Positions 1 through 9,556 of a stretch of DNA of 58,216 bases are shown here, piece after piece. The DNA is from a virus (taxonomy: Duplodnaviria > Caudoviricetes). The notes beneath the pieces were generated by a model. It did not search any database. It was not told where the DNA came from and worked only from the letters and a program-made list of their open reading frames with translations. The stretch spans positions 1 through 58,216 of IMG/VR virus record IMGVR_UViG_3300042887_002068; one strand, written 5' to 3'. Every line of letters starts with the position of its first letter. The first letter of the stretch is position 1. Made by a program: the position numbers and the translations under genes.

Positions 1-3000
1 ACTTAGAGTGGTTATTCTTCCGGCCAATGAAGATGATGCTGTTGTTAATGTGCTGTCTACTGTCGTAATTCTAGATGCAAGCGAAGAGCTTGCAGTTGTG
101 AAAGAAGTATCTATGTTTGTTACTCTACTTGCCAACGATGAACTCGTTGTAGTAAGGGATGTATCAACCGTAGTAATTCTGGATGCCAACGATGAACTTG
201 TTGTAGTAAAAGACGTATCCAAACTCGTCAATCTTCCCGCCAAAGAAGATGAAGTATTTGCACTCGTCGTATTGGCAGAAGTAATTGATGCTGCCAAGGA
301 AGAACTATTTGTATTTACCGTACTACTAAGGTTGCTTATAGATACTGCTGCACTAGAACTATTTGTTGTGACTGTGCCTCTTACATCTGTTATTGTTGAT
401 GCAAGAGATGAACTATTTGTGTTTACCGTACTGGTAAGAGACGTAATTGTGCTTGCTATGGAGGAAGATGTGTTTGTTAGAGTATTACTTGTGGTTGTAA
501 TGCTCGCGGCCAATGAAGCACTATTTGAGTTTACCGCACTGGTAAGATTATTTATAGAAGTCGCAGCAGAACTACTATTTGTTGTAACAGTAGTGTTTAA
601 TGAAGTAATAGATGAATTCAGAGAAGACGATGCGGCGTAATAAGAAGAACTCAATGTTCTGATATCTATTGCAACCGACGAACTCAGAGTTGTAATAGTT
701 CCTTGTACATTTGTTATAGAACTTGCTAAAGAAGAACTGTTATTAGTTATTGTGCTAGAAAGTGTATCAACTCTTGCGGCAATAGATGAAGAGAATGTCG
801 TATTTACCGTAGATACACTAGAAATGCTTGCTGCCAACGATGCACTATTTGTATTTATAGAACTCTGCAAACCGTCCATTCTTGTAGCGGCGGAAGAACT
901 ATTCGTAGTCACAGTATTACTTACGGATGTAATACTTGAGGCAAGCGAAGAACTGTTATTATTTACAGTGCTTGTCAAATTACTTATAGATGTAGCCGCA
1001 GATGAACTATTTGTGGTTATTGTACCGGAAAGTGTACTAATTGAACTTGCTGCGGATGAACTATTTGTAGTAACTTGGCTATCCAAATTTGTTATTCTCA
1101 GTGCAAGAGAAGAAGAAGTGGTAGTGATAGTCGAATCCGTGGTTGTAATTCTGGACGAAAGCGACGAAGATGTTGTGGTAAATGAAGAATCAATACTAGT
1201 AATTCTGGCAGCTAGTGAAGATGAGGCGGTTGTAAGAGTATTGTCTACTGTAGTTACTCTTGCGGAAATAGAGGCGCTATTTGTACTTATACTACTCGCC
1301 AAACTATCCATTCTGGTTGCTGCCGACGAACTATTTGTCGTTATTGTATCCTGAACCGTGGTTATTGTAGAAGCCAACGACGAACTATTTGTATTTACGG
1401 TCGAAGTTAATGTATCTATTCTTCCCGCAAATGAGGACGAAAAAGTAGTTGAGGTATTACCTACAGTTGTTATAGAAGCCGCCAGCGACGAACTATTTGT
1501 ATTTACTGCACTGGTTAGGTTATTTATAGATGTTGCTGCCGATGAACTGTTGGTCGTTATCGTACTATTTATGTTTGTTACCGAAGAATTTAGTGAAGCC
1601 GATGTAGTATAAAAAGAAGAACTTAATGTTACCAATTGAGTCGCTGCCGATGAACTGAACGTAGTAAGTGCCCCGCGCACTTCGGTAATTGATGCTGCCA
1701 GAGAAGCACTGTCTAAAGAACCTGTCACAGCAGCGGCGGCGGCAATAGTATCTATTCTTCCCGCAAACGAAGATGATAAGTTAGTTGATGTAGTACTTAC
1801 CGTGGTTATTGACGCTGCTAATGATGCACTATTTGCATTTACGGCACTGGACAAATTATTAATACTTGTTGCTGCCGATGAACTGTTGGTCGTTATCGTA
1901 CTATTTATGTTTGTTATAGACGAATTGAACGATGATGACGCAGAATAATATGAAGAACTGAGTGATCTAATATCCAGTGCAACGGAAGAACTTAATGTAG
2001 TTATTGTTCCTTGCGTAGATGTTATAGATGATGCGAGAGAAGAACTGGAGTCCGATATATTAGAACTTAATGTAGTTATTCTTCCGGCTAGAGATGAAGA
2101 TGTCGTTGTGGCAGTATTATTTGTAGTTGTTATACTTGCCGCCAGCGAAGAACTGTTTGTTGTTATACTACTAGCCAGTCCATCAATTCTCAATGCGGCA
2201 CTGGAGCTATTTGTAGTGACGGTTGAACTGAGGGATGTTACTGAAGAGTTTAAAGATGAAGATGCCGCATAATAAGAAGAACTTAAAGTTCTTATATCAG
2301 AAGCTACCGATGAACTCAGCGTTGTTGTCGTGGTTTGTACCGAAGTTATTGATGCAGCCAACGAAGAACTGTTATTATTTACCGTCGAATTTAAACTAGT
2401 AATTCTTCCGGCCAACGAAGATGATGTGGTTGCCGAGGTATTATTTGTATCAGTGATTGATGCTGCCAGAGAAGAACTCGCCGAAGTAACATTACTGGAT
2501 ATAGTATCCATTCTCAGAGCAGCACTTGAACTATTTGTAGTAACGGTGCCTTGTAATGTAGTAATTGAACTGGCCAAAGACGAACTATTTGTAGTAATTG
2601 ACGAAGATAGACTATCTAATCGAGTTGCAATAGAAGCGCTATTATTTGTAACCGTGGAGCTTACTGAGTTTATAGATGCTGCGGCAGAGGAGCTATTGGC
2701 AGTTATCGTGCTTGTAAGGTCATTTATGGTAGTTGCCGCACTAGAACTGTTTGTTGTGACGGTATTACTCAGAGATGTAATGTTTGATTGTAAACTTGAT
2801 CCGCTGGTATTAAGAGCACTTGTTAAATTGTTTATGCTGATGGCTGCACTGGCACTATTACTTGTTATTGTACTATTTGTTGACGTAATACTGGATGCCA
2901 ACGAGGAACTATTTGTATTAACGGTACTCGTCAAATTGTTAATACTTATCGCCGCCGATGAACTGTTGGTTGTTACTGTACTACTTAGTGAAGTTATATT

Positions 3001-6000
3001 AGATTGAAGAGTTGACCCGCTGGAATTTAATGCACTGGTTAAATTATTTACAGATACAGCCAACGATGCACTATTAGTCACTATCGTAGAATTTGTGGAT
3101 GTAATAGTTGCTGCCAGCGACGAACTATTCGTATTTACTGTGGATGATAGAGTATCTACTCTTGCCGCTATAGATGATGAAAAGTTTGTATTGGTTGTAC
3201 TTACGCTGGTTATAGATGCGGCCAAAGAAGAACTATTACTCGTTATACTACTTGCCAAACCGTCCATTCTTGTTGCTGCCGATGAACTATTTGTAGAAAT
3301 TGTAGAACTTAAACTGGTTATTGACGAATTTAACGAAGAAGATGCGGAATAAAAAGAAGAGCTTAAAGTACGAACATCCGTTGCAACGGAAGAACTTAGC
3401 GTCGTTATCGTACCTTGTGCGGAAGTTATAGATGCGGCCAGAGAAGAACTATTCGTAGTCACTCTACTGTCCAAGGAAGTTACTCTACCTGCAAATGATG
3501 AAGAAAACGTAGTCGAAGTATTATTTACTTCAGTTATGCTTGCTGCAAACGAAGAACTATTTGTATTTATGGAACTTTGAAGAGTGTCCATTCTTGTTGC
3601 GGCAGAAGAACTGTTGGTAGTTATTGTACTGTTTATAGTTCCAATAGACGAGTTCAATGACGCCGAAGTACTTACAAACGAAGAACTGAGTGATGTTATT
3701 CTTAATGCAAGCGAAGAACTTGTAGTAGTTAACGTTGCATTAACCTCTGTTATAGATGCAGCTAAAGAAGCACTGTCCAAAGAACCCGTGCCTGCTACCG
3801 TAGAAGCAATCGTATCTATTCTTCCAGCAAAAGACGAACTTGCGTTTGTGAATGTGGTATTTACCGTAGTTATTGATGCAGCCAAAGATGCACTATTGGA
3901 TTGGAAAGTGCTGTTTAAATTATTTATGCTAATTGCCGTACTAGAACTATTGGTAGTAACCGTCGAATTGAGAGAAGTTATTTCAGATTTTAATGAGGAA
4001 GATGCCTCATAATACGAAGAACTCAAACTTCTTATATCAAATGCGACAGAAGAGCTTAAGGTTGTTACCGTTCCCTGAGTGGTGGTAATACTGGATGCCA
4101 AGGACGCGCTATTTGTAACTATACTAGAATTTATAGAATCAATTCTGGATGCCAGTGAAGAACTTGTTGTGGTTGCTGTATTATTTGTGGTGGTAATAGA
4201 CGCCGCCAGAGATGAACTATTGGAATTTATACTACTCTGTAATCCATCTATTTTCAGCGCCGCACTGGAACTATTAGTAGTAACCGTACCTTGGAGCGAG
4301 GTTATTGAGCTTGCTAACGAAGAGCTATTTGAATTTACCGTCGTCGATATACTATCAAATCTCGTTGCAACGGAAGAACTATTAGTAGTAACCGTAGAAC
4401 TTACAGAAGATATAGATGCTGCCAACGAAGAGCTATTTGAATTTACTGTACTTGTTAAATTTGAAATTGATGTAGCCGCAGAACTACTGTTTGTAGTAAC
4501 CGTAGAATTTGTGGAAGTAATAGAAGCGGCCAGCGATGCACTTGCGTTGGTTACACTTGATGAAATTGTATCAACTCTTGAGGCAAGTGACGAGCTTGTA
4601 TCCGTTAAGGTAAGATTGGTCGTCGATATTGACGCGGCCAGAGAAGAGCTTGAAGTATTTATAGAACTTTGCAACCCATCCATCCTAAGTGCGGCGCTTG
4701 AACTATTTGTAGTTACAGTATTACTCAAACTCGTTACCGAAGAATTTAAAGAAGATGATGCACTATAATACGAAGAACTCAATGATACTAACTGCGTAGC
4801 AATGGAAGAGCTTGCTGTTGTAAACGCAGTTCTAACTTCCGTTATTGATGCGGCTAAAGATGCACTGTCAATACTCGAAGATTGTGCTGCTGATATAGTG
4901 TCAATTCTTCCCGCCAACGAAGACGATGTAGTAGTAAATGTAGTATTTACCGTAGTTATAGATGCGGCCAACGATGAACTGTTTGAGTTTACTGTACTAG
5001 TCAAACTATCTATCCTTTGAGCCGCAGATGAACTATTTGTAGTAACTGTTCCCTGCAATGACGTTATACTAGATGCAAGAGAAGAACTATTATTTGAAAC
5101 AGAGCTTTGGATAGAATTAATCGTGGCAGCAATAGATGCACTATTATTTACTACGGTAGTTTGTGTACTCGTTATATTTGCGGCCAGAGAAGAACTGTTC
5201 GAGTCAACTCTGGAAGTCAGGCTGTTTATATTTATTGCAATCGACTCGCTGGCATTAGATAGCGTCGCGGAAACTGAATTTATACTGCTAGCCAAGGATG
5301 CGCTATTTGTGATTATATTACTGTTTACTCCATCTATTTTTGCAGCAAATGATGAAGAATCGGATGTTACTGTTGCATATACACTTTGAATTGATGCGGC
5401 TAACGATGAAGAATTGCCGGTTATTGTAGTACTGATACTACCCAAGCTGGAAGAAAATGAAGCAGAATTTAAATTTATAGCCGCCGACAGTGAAGATGAT
5501 GCACTTGTAATAGACGAATTTATAGATGTCATCACCTGTGCTGCCGAGGCCGAATTATTATTTATATTTGCGTATGCACTAGATATATTTTGATTTATGG
5601 ACTGCGATACAACGTATAGTGATGACGATACCGATTGCAATGATGCGGCCAACGAAGACGACGTACTTACAATTGAATCATTTGTTAATTTTAAACTTGA
5701 AGATACGGCACTTATACTTCCAGAAATCGTACTTTCAAACGACGAAGAAACTTGAGATATGGCCGCATATAACGAAGATGTGGCTAAATTTAAGTTGCTT
5801 TGTACCGAAACAACAGATGCAGCAGCAGATGCGGAATTTTCATTTAGTGTATTGTATATTTGCCCCAAGCTTTCAGATATTGAACTTGATGATATACTTC
5901 CTATTTGAGAATAAACATCGGATATACTTTGCGATAAACTTGTAGCTAAAGAAGATGAAGTATTTATTATACTCTGATTTACAATATAAATACTTCCAGA

Positions 6001-7272
6001 AATCGCCGCCAAACTTGCCGAAACAGACAATGTGAATGAAGACGAAAATTGATTAATTCTGTCGGCCAAGGACGATGATGCAGAATTTAATGCAGAATTT
6101 GTACTAGAAATATTTGATTCAGCGACTGATACTGAATTTGCTAATGACGAAGACACTGAATATATCGTAGATACAATAGACGAAGATATTACAGACAGTG
6201 AATTTCTTATTTCCGTCGAAATCAATGCAGCCGAGGCCGAATTAGAAGATATAGTAGAATTTATTTGCGCCAGACTTTGGGTTATTGCTTCATTGACCGA
6301 CGCAGTAGTTGCGGCCAATAATTGGTCGTATACTTCACTGATGCTTTGCGATACAATGTTACCAACCGATGCAGAAACTAAAGTGTTTACGGTATTTTGT
6401 ATATTTGCCGAACTCTGTGAAAGTTCCAAATTGATGGAAGACGACAAATTATACAATTGCTGTACACTATCTGTTATTCTTCCGGATATTGACGAAGATA
6501 GTTCATTTACGCTTTGTGTAAAATTTAATAAACTTGTGTCTATGTTGAGTAATCTATTATCAAATGAAGACGACCAGTTGTTGACGGTGTACAAGCTTTG
6601 CGACAGAAGCTGGTTCGTCTGTTCTAGGCTCTGGGTCGTCAAAAGCAAGCGAGAATCAAACCCTCCAGATATATACGCCAACTGATTTTTCAGAGATACT
6701 ATGGATTCGGTTGGTAAAGATACTGGAACATTTGCTCCATATTGTATAGTAAGAGTTCCATCTTTTCTATCACTTAATCTAAGATCTCCTATGTAAATAC
6801 TTCCCGAATTAATATATAACTCCGCCCAGCGGTTTGACGGGCTACCAAGATTGTAGGTATTATCGGACGATGGTATAATGTCTTCGGAAACTGCATTTAG
6901 ATTTATTGATGCTCCACTTGTTCCGCTTGTTCCTGCTGCACCAGATCCACCCGAAGTTCCGCTTGTTCCTGCTGCACCAGATCCACCCGAAGTTCCGCTT
7001 GTTCCTGCTGCACCAGATCCACCCGAAGTTCCGCTTGTTCCTGCTGCACCAGATCCACCCGAAGTTCCGGAGGTGCCAGATGTTCCACCACCTCCACCTC
7101 CACCGGATAAATATGGCAAACTATTCCAAGACCCTGTACCATTACCTATTTTCAGTTTTCCGGTATCAAGCTCAAATCCGGCTTCGCCTGGATATAATGT
7201 CGGATTTACTGCCGCCCAATTTGAAGCAGTATCTCTTTTTAGCTGAATTCTAGAAATTCTGATTGTTGCCAT
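1..7272 (-). CDS. Giant tail-fibre/stalk protein (3'-truncated by window): Mtd_N/hyaluronidase-N-type anchor, short collagen-like segment, >2,000 aa Ser/Thr/Ala-rich helical repeats
   Basis: ATG at 7272. Hand translation gives MATIRISRIQLKRDTASNWAAVNPTLYPGEAGFELDTGKLKIGNGTGSWNSLPY, then GTS/GGS/GAA triplets, IPSSDNTYNLGSPSNRWAELY, then 18-aa repeats such as NSSSLAASITTV. The frame is open wherever I checked and is still open at position 1. It is absent from the ORF track because there is no stop in the window. Confidence 0.9.
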   Translation of the reverse strand, partial: MATIRISRIQLKRDTASNWAAVNPTLYPGEAGFELDTGKLKIGNGTGSWNSLPYLSGGGGGGGTSGTSGTSGGSGAAGTSGTSGGSGAAGTSGTSGGSGAAGTSGTSGGSGAAGTSGTSGASINLNAVSEDIIPSSDNTYNLGSPSNRWAELYINSGSIYIGDLRLSDRKDGTLTIQYGANVPVSLPTESIVSLKNQLAYISGGFDSRLLLTTQSLEQTNQLLSQSLYTVNNWSSSFDNRLLNIDTSLLNFTQSVNELSSSISGRITDSVQQLYNLSSSINLELSQSSANIQNTVNTLVSASVGNIVSQSISEVYDQLLAATTASVNEAITQSLAQINSTISSNSASAALISTEIRNSLSVISSSIVSTIYSVSSSLANSVSVAESNISSTNSALNSASSSLADRINQFSSSFTLSVSASLAAISGSIYIVNQSIINTSSSLATSLSQSISDVYSQIGSISSSSISESLGQIYNTLNENSASAAASVVSVQSNLNLATSSLYAAISQVSSSFESTISGSISAVSSSLKLTNDSIVSTSSSLAASLQSVSSSLYVVSQSINQNISSAYANINNNSASAAQVMTSINSSITSASSSLSAAINLNSASFSSSLGSISTTITGNSSSLAASIQSVYATVTSDSSSFAAKIDGVNSNIITNSASLASSINSVSATLSNASESIAININSLTSRVDSNSSSLAANITSTQTTVVNNSASIAATINSIQSSVSNNSSSLASSITSLQGTVTTNSSSAAQRIDSLTSTVNSNSSSLAASITTVNTTFTTTSSSLAGRIDTISAAQSSSIDSASLAASITEVRTAFTTASSSIATQLVSLSSSYYSASSSLNSSVTSLSNTVTTNSSSAALRMDGLQSSINTSSSSLAASISTTNLTLTDTSSSLASRVDTISSSVTNASASLAASITSTNSTVTTNSSSAATSISNLTSTVNSNSSSLAASISSVSSTVTTNSSSVATRFDSISTTVNSNSSSLASSITSLQGTVTTNSSSAALKIDGLQSSINSNSSSLAASITTTNNTATTTSSSLASRIDSINSSIVTNSASLASSITTTQGTVTTLSSSVAFDIRSLSSSYYEASSSLKSEITSLNSTVTTNSSSTAISINNLNSTFQSNSASLAASITTVNTTFTNASSSFAGRIDTIASTVAGTGSLDSASLAASITEVNATLTTTSSSLALRITSLSSSFVSTSASLNSSIGTINSTITTNSSSAATRMDTLQSSINTNSSSFAASITEVNNTSTTFSSSFAGRVTSLDSRVTTNSSSLAASITSAQGTITTLSSSVATDVRTLSSSFYSASSSLNSSITSLSSTISTNSSSAATRMDGLASSITSNSSSLAASITSVSTTNTNFSSSIAARVDTLSSTVNTNSSSLAATITSTNSTIVTNSASLAVSVNNLTSALNSSGSTLQSNITSLSSTVTTNSSSAAISINNLTSTVNTNSSSLASSITSTNSTITSNSASAAISINNLTSALNTSGSSLQSNITSLSNTVTTNSSSAATTINDLTSTITANSSSAAASINSVSSTVTNNSASIATRLDSLSSSITTNSSSLASSITTLQGTVTTNSSSAALRMDTISSNVTSASSSLAASITDTNNTSATTSSSLAGRITSLNSTVNNNSSSLAASITSVQTTTTTLSSSVASDIRTLSSSYYAASSSLNSSVTSLSSTVTTNSSSAALRIDGLASSITTNSSSLAASITTTNNTATTTSSSLAGRITTLSSNISDSSSSLASSITSTQGTITTLSSSVALDIRSLSSSYYSASSSFNSSITNINSTITTNSSSAATSINNLSSAVNANSASLAASITTVSTTSTNLSSSFAGRIDTIAAAAAVTGSLDSASLAASITEVRGALTTFSSSAATQLVTLSSSFYTTSASLNSSVTNINSTITTNSSSAATSINNLTSAVNTNSSSLAASITTVGNTSTTFSSSFAGRIDTLTSTVNTNSSSLASTITTVQDTITTNSSSAATRMDSLASSISTNSASISARVTTVDNTLTTASSSLAARITSIDSSFTTTSSSLSSRITTTDSTITTTSSSLALRITNLDSQVTTNSSSAASSISTLSGTITTNSSSAATSISNLTSTVNNNSSSLASSITSVSNTVTTNSSSAATRMDGLQSSINTNSASLAASISSVSTVNTTFSSSIAARVDTLSSTITNNSSSLASSITNVQGTITTLSSSVAIDIRTLSSSYYAASSSLNSSITSLNTTVTTNSSSAATSINNLTSAVNSNSASLAASITTTSNTLTNTSSSIASTITSLTSTVNTNSSSLASTITDVRGTVTTNSSSAAVSISNLSSTVNTNSSSLAASITSANTTSANTSSSLAGRLTSLDTSFTTTSSSLASRITTVDTSLTTTSSSLASRVTNIDTSFTTASSSLASRITTVDSTLTTASSSLAGRITTLS
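6920..7069. repeat. 36-bp perfect tandem repeat x4 encoding the Gly-X-Y collagen-like unit SGGSGAAGTSGT
   Basis: GTTCCGCTTGTTCCTGCTGCACCAGATCCACCCGAA starts at 6920, 6956, 6992 and 7028. Confidence 0.95.
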
Positions 7273-7276
7273 TTTC

Positions 7277-7285
7277 TATAAATAT
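7277..7285 (-). promoter_or_regulatory. Putative late-promoter element ATATTTATA
   Basis: Lies 4 nt upstream of the fibre ATG; the same motif precedes about 14 genes (see findings). Confidence 0.55.
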
Positions 7286-9522
7286 TACGTAGACCCAGCA
7301 TCTCCACCGTCCAGTACAATATCTATCACGTTACCTCCTCCACCACCTCCACCGCCACCCCCACCGCCACCTCCACCTCCACCACCTCCACCGCCCCCAC
7401 CTATTACAACGGTAAAAGGAATGTCGCTGGATACTATACCTACCGGATCTACGAATATTTTTGTTTTTAATGGCATAAATCTTTTATTATAAGCAAAAGT
7501 ATATGAGTTTGAGCCATATGCCAGCCTATTTTGAGCATCATATAGTTCCATTTCTATTTCATATAGTTCATTGGGCACTTTTACAGGTAATGGTATTTTT
7601 ACGCTAAAACTATCAATAGAATAATCTATATTTTGATATGGTTGTATAGAAATATCGGATATGTTCCATTCGCCCTGACTTGGTGCAAGAAGTATAGTGC
7701 CAAATGACTCTTGTTCATTGAAAAATGTCTTTTCGTATGCTTCATTAGCGCCAAAGTTGTATGAACTGTCTATATATCCAATCATTTTTTTATTTGTTCC
7801 ACTTATATAATAAGTATATAATTTAGCGTCATTTGAGTTGTTAGCACCCGCTTTTACTTTCATACTGAACTTATATAAAGTATTTTGACGCAATCTGATA
7901 GGATTACTGTCATGAACCCTACCGTTTATTAGGTTCTCTTGTGAAGCACTGTAGTTTGATATATATGGAATGTTATTTATACCAAGGTACGACGATGTTG
8001 GATATATATCATAGTTTATAAATGCATCTGTATTCGCATACCAATATGAGTTATTCAGTAAGTTAGGTCCATAATATGTAAAGTCAGTTGAACCTGAAAA
8101 TGTATTATCCTTGAATATTACATAATCACTCAATGAACTATTATCCGCGTGGCTTATTCTGGCACCGTTTATAAGCACTTCGTTACTTTGAGTAAAAACA
8201 CAGCCGCCCTTTATAAACCAATGCTTTTGTACATGTGCGTTATTATAAAAATATGATGTATTATCATACAATCCATTATCAAACTTTTTTGAACGTATAA
8301 CGTGCTCTGCTTCAATCTTACCTTCGGCCAGCAATGTTTTTGATATTGGCGTGTTTAAACTTCTCCCATATATCTTGTAGTATGACAAATCGCCGCACAA
8401 TGTTCTTGCATTATTGCATTCAATATTTAACGCGGACACAAAGTATGTAGAACCTGAAGGGTCTGCTCTTGGCAAATATACAGGTATTTGTTTATGAAAT
8501 ATTTCATATTGACCATCGGACAAACTTAATACATAAAAATTTTTCTTATGAAATACAGTTTGCTTGGCGGCATCATCTATTACTGTATATCCCTTCAACT
8601 GAACAAGATTGTTTTTGGCGTATGGTGAATCTTCGTTTGTTGAGTTGATAAGTTCAGATACGGTCGCAAATGGTATATCAAGCAGCAATGAAGTTTCATT
8701 TACTACTCGTTTTATTTTTGCGATAAAATCTGTATTCAATATGCCTTGATACTCTACTCTATTATCGCCAAAGTTTGTGTATGTAAACTTTGTTACGGTT
8801 GGATTTTTCAGGCGTATATTTTCGCCTTCCATACTGGCACTAAACTTGTTTCCAGATTTCCAGTATAGTTGATATGATGCATCTTCAAACTGATAATCAT
8901 AATCTCCGTTTGCATTGTTTTTTGGACTTAGTGCAATTGACGAAAATGTGCCAGAAGATAAGCTATATGAACTCGTTGGATATAATGGCAGTGAATATAT
9001 TTCTGATTTTGTTCTGATATATGGCGACGTAAAAAATCTTACTTCAGAATCAGTTTTTTTGCTAGTGTCTATCAATAAGTTTCTGGTCCATATAACTTCA
9101 CCGGTTTCTAGCTTCTTATCTTCGGATGGAGCACTTGTTAGTGGCAATCTTTGGTTTTTATTTATCTTGTATCCAACATTATTATAATACGCAACAAGAC
9201 CTGTATATCCTTCTAAATTTAGCCCAAGAGCACGTATTTCTATTTTTCCTGTGCCGTTGATTGTTTCTTCTGGAACATTTACATAGTATAATTGACCTGT
9301 GAGCGTTTGTTCAGAAAACGCAGAATTGGTTGGTTGAATTATTCCTGAAGGCAGAATATTGCCTTGGGTGTCATATACTCTTACCGTAATAGGAGTATTA
9401 GGTATAACATACGGCGTTGTATTTACCGTAAACGAATTCTTGCCCGCTTTTAGTACATCACTAAAGTTAGTTAGAAAAAAGTAGGTATTAGAGTTGTAAT
9501 CTACGTCAAATAGTTGTTCCAT
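7285..9522 (-). CDS. Putative virion structural protein with a C-terminal 23-Gly linker and LDGGDA motif
   Basis: 745 aa, beta-rich, possible carbohydrate-binding-like domain (YKFSMKVKA...NISDISIQP). Adjacent to the fibre gene. Poly-Gly at 7333-7401. Confidence 0.6.
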   Translation of the reverse strand: MEQLFDVDYNSNTYFFLTNFSDVLKAGKNSFTVNTTPYVIPNTPITVRVYDTQGNILPSGIIQPTNSAFSEQTLTGQLYYVNVPEETINGTGKIEIRALGLNLEGYTGLVAYYNNVGYKINKNQRLPLTSAPSEDKKLETGEVIWTRNLLIDTSKKTDSEVRFFTSPYIRTKSEIYSLPLYPTSSYSLSSGTFSSIALSPKNNANGDYDYQFEDASYQLYWKSGNKFSASMEGENIRLKNPTVTKFTYTNFGDNRVEYQGILNTDFIAKIKRVVNETSLLLDIPFATVSELINSTNEDSPYAKNNLVQLKGYTVIDDAAKQTVFHKKNFYVLSLSDGQYEIFHKQIPVYLPRADPSGSTYFVSALNIECNNARTLCGDLSYYKIYGRSLNTPISKTLLAEGKIEAEHVIRSKKFDNGLYDNTSYFYNNAHVQKHWFIKGGCVFTQSNEVLINGARISHADNSSLSDYVIFKDNTFSGSTDFTYYGPNLLNNSYWYANTDAFINYDIYPTSSYLGINNIPYISNYSASQENLINGRVHDSNPIRLRQNTLYKFSMKVKAGANNSNDAKLYTYYISGTNKKMIGYIDSSYNFGANEAYEKTFFNEQESFGTILLAPSQGEWNISDISIQPYQNIDYSIDSFSVKIPLPVKVPNELYEIEMELYDAQNRLAYGSNSYTFAYNKRFMPLKTKIFVDPVGIVSSDIPFTVVIGGGGGGGGGGGGGGGGGGGGGGGNVIDIVLDGGDAGST

Positions 9523-9556
9523 AGGTTTTTATAGTTCCTATGGTTATAAATATATA

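Noticed and set aside
8-6685. Series of plus-strand Val/Leu/Glu-rich ORFs
   Set aside because: Antisense shadows of the repetitive minus-strand fibre gene; they break wherever the fibre encodes its Tyr-containing marker units.
6878-7253. Three overlapping repeat ORFs and a possible CRISPR array
   Set aside because: The 36-bp units are contiguous with no spacers; the ORFs are alternative frames of the collagen-like segment.
7100-7272. Diversity-generating retroelement suggested by Mtd_N
   Set aside because: No reverse transcriptase and no TR/VR pair with adenine-specific mismatches seen in the window; Mtd_N is only an anchor domain.
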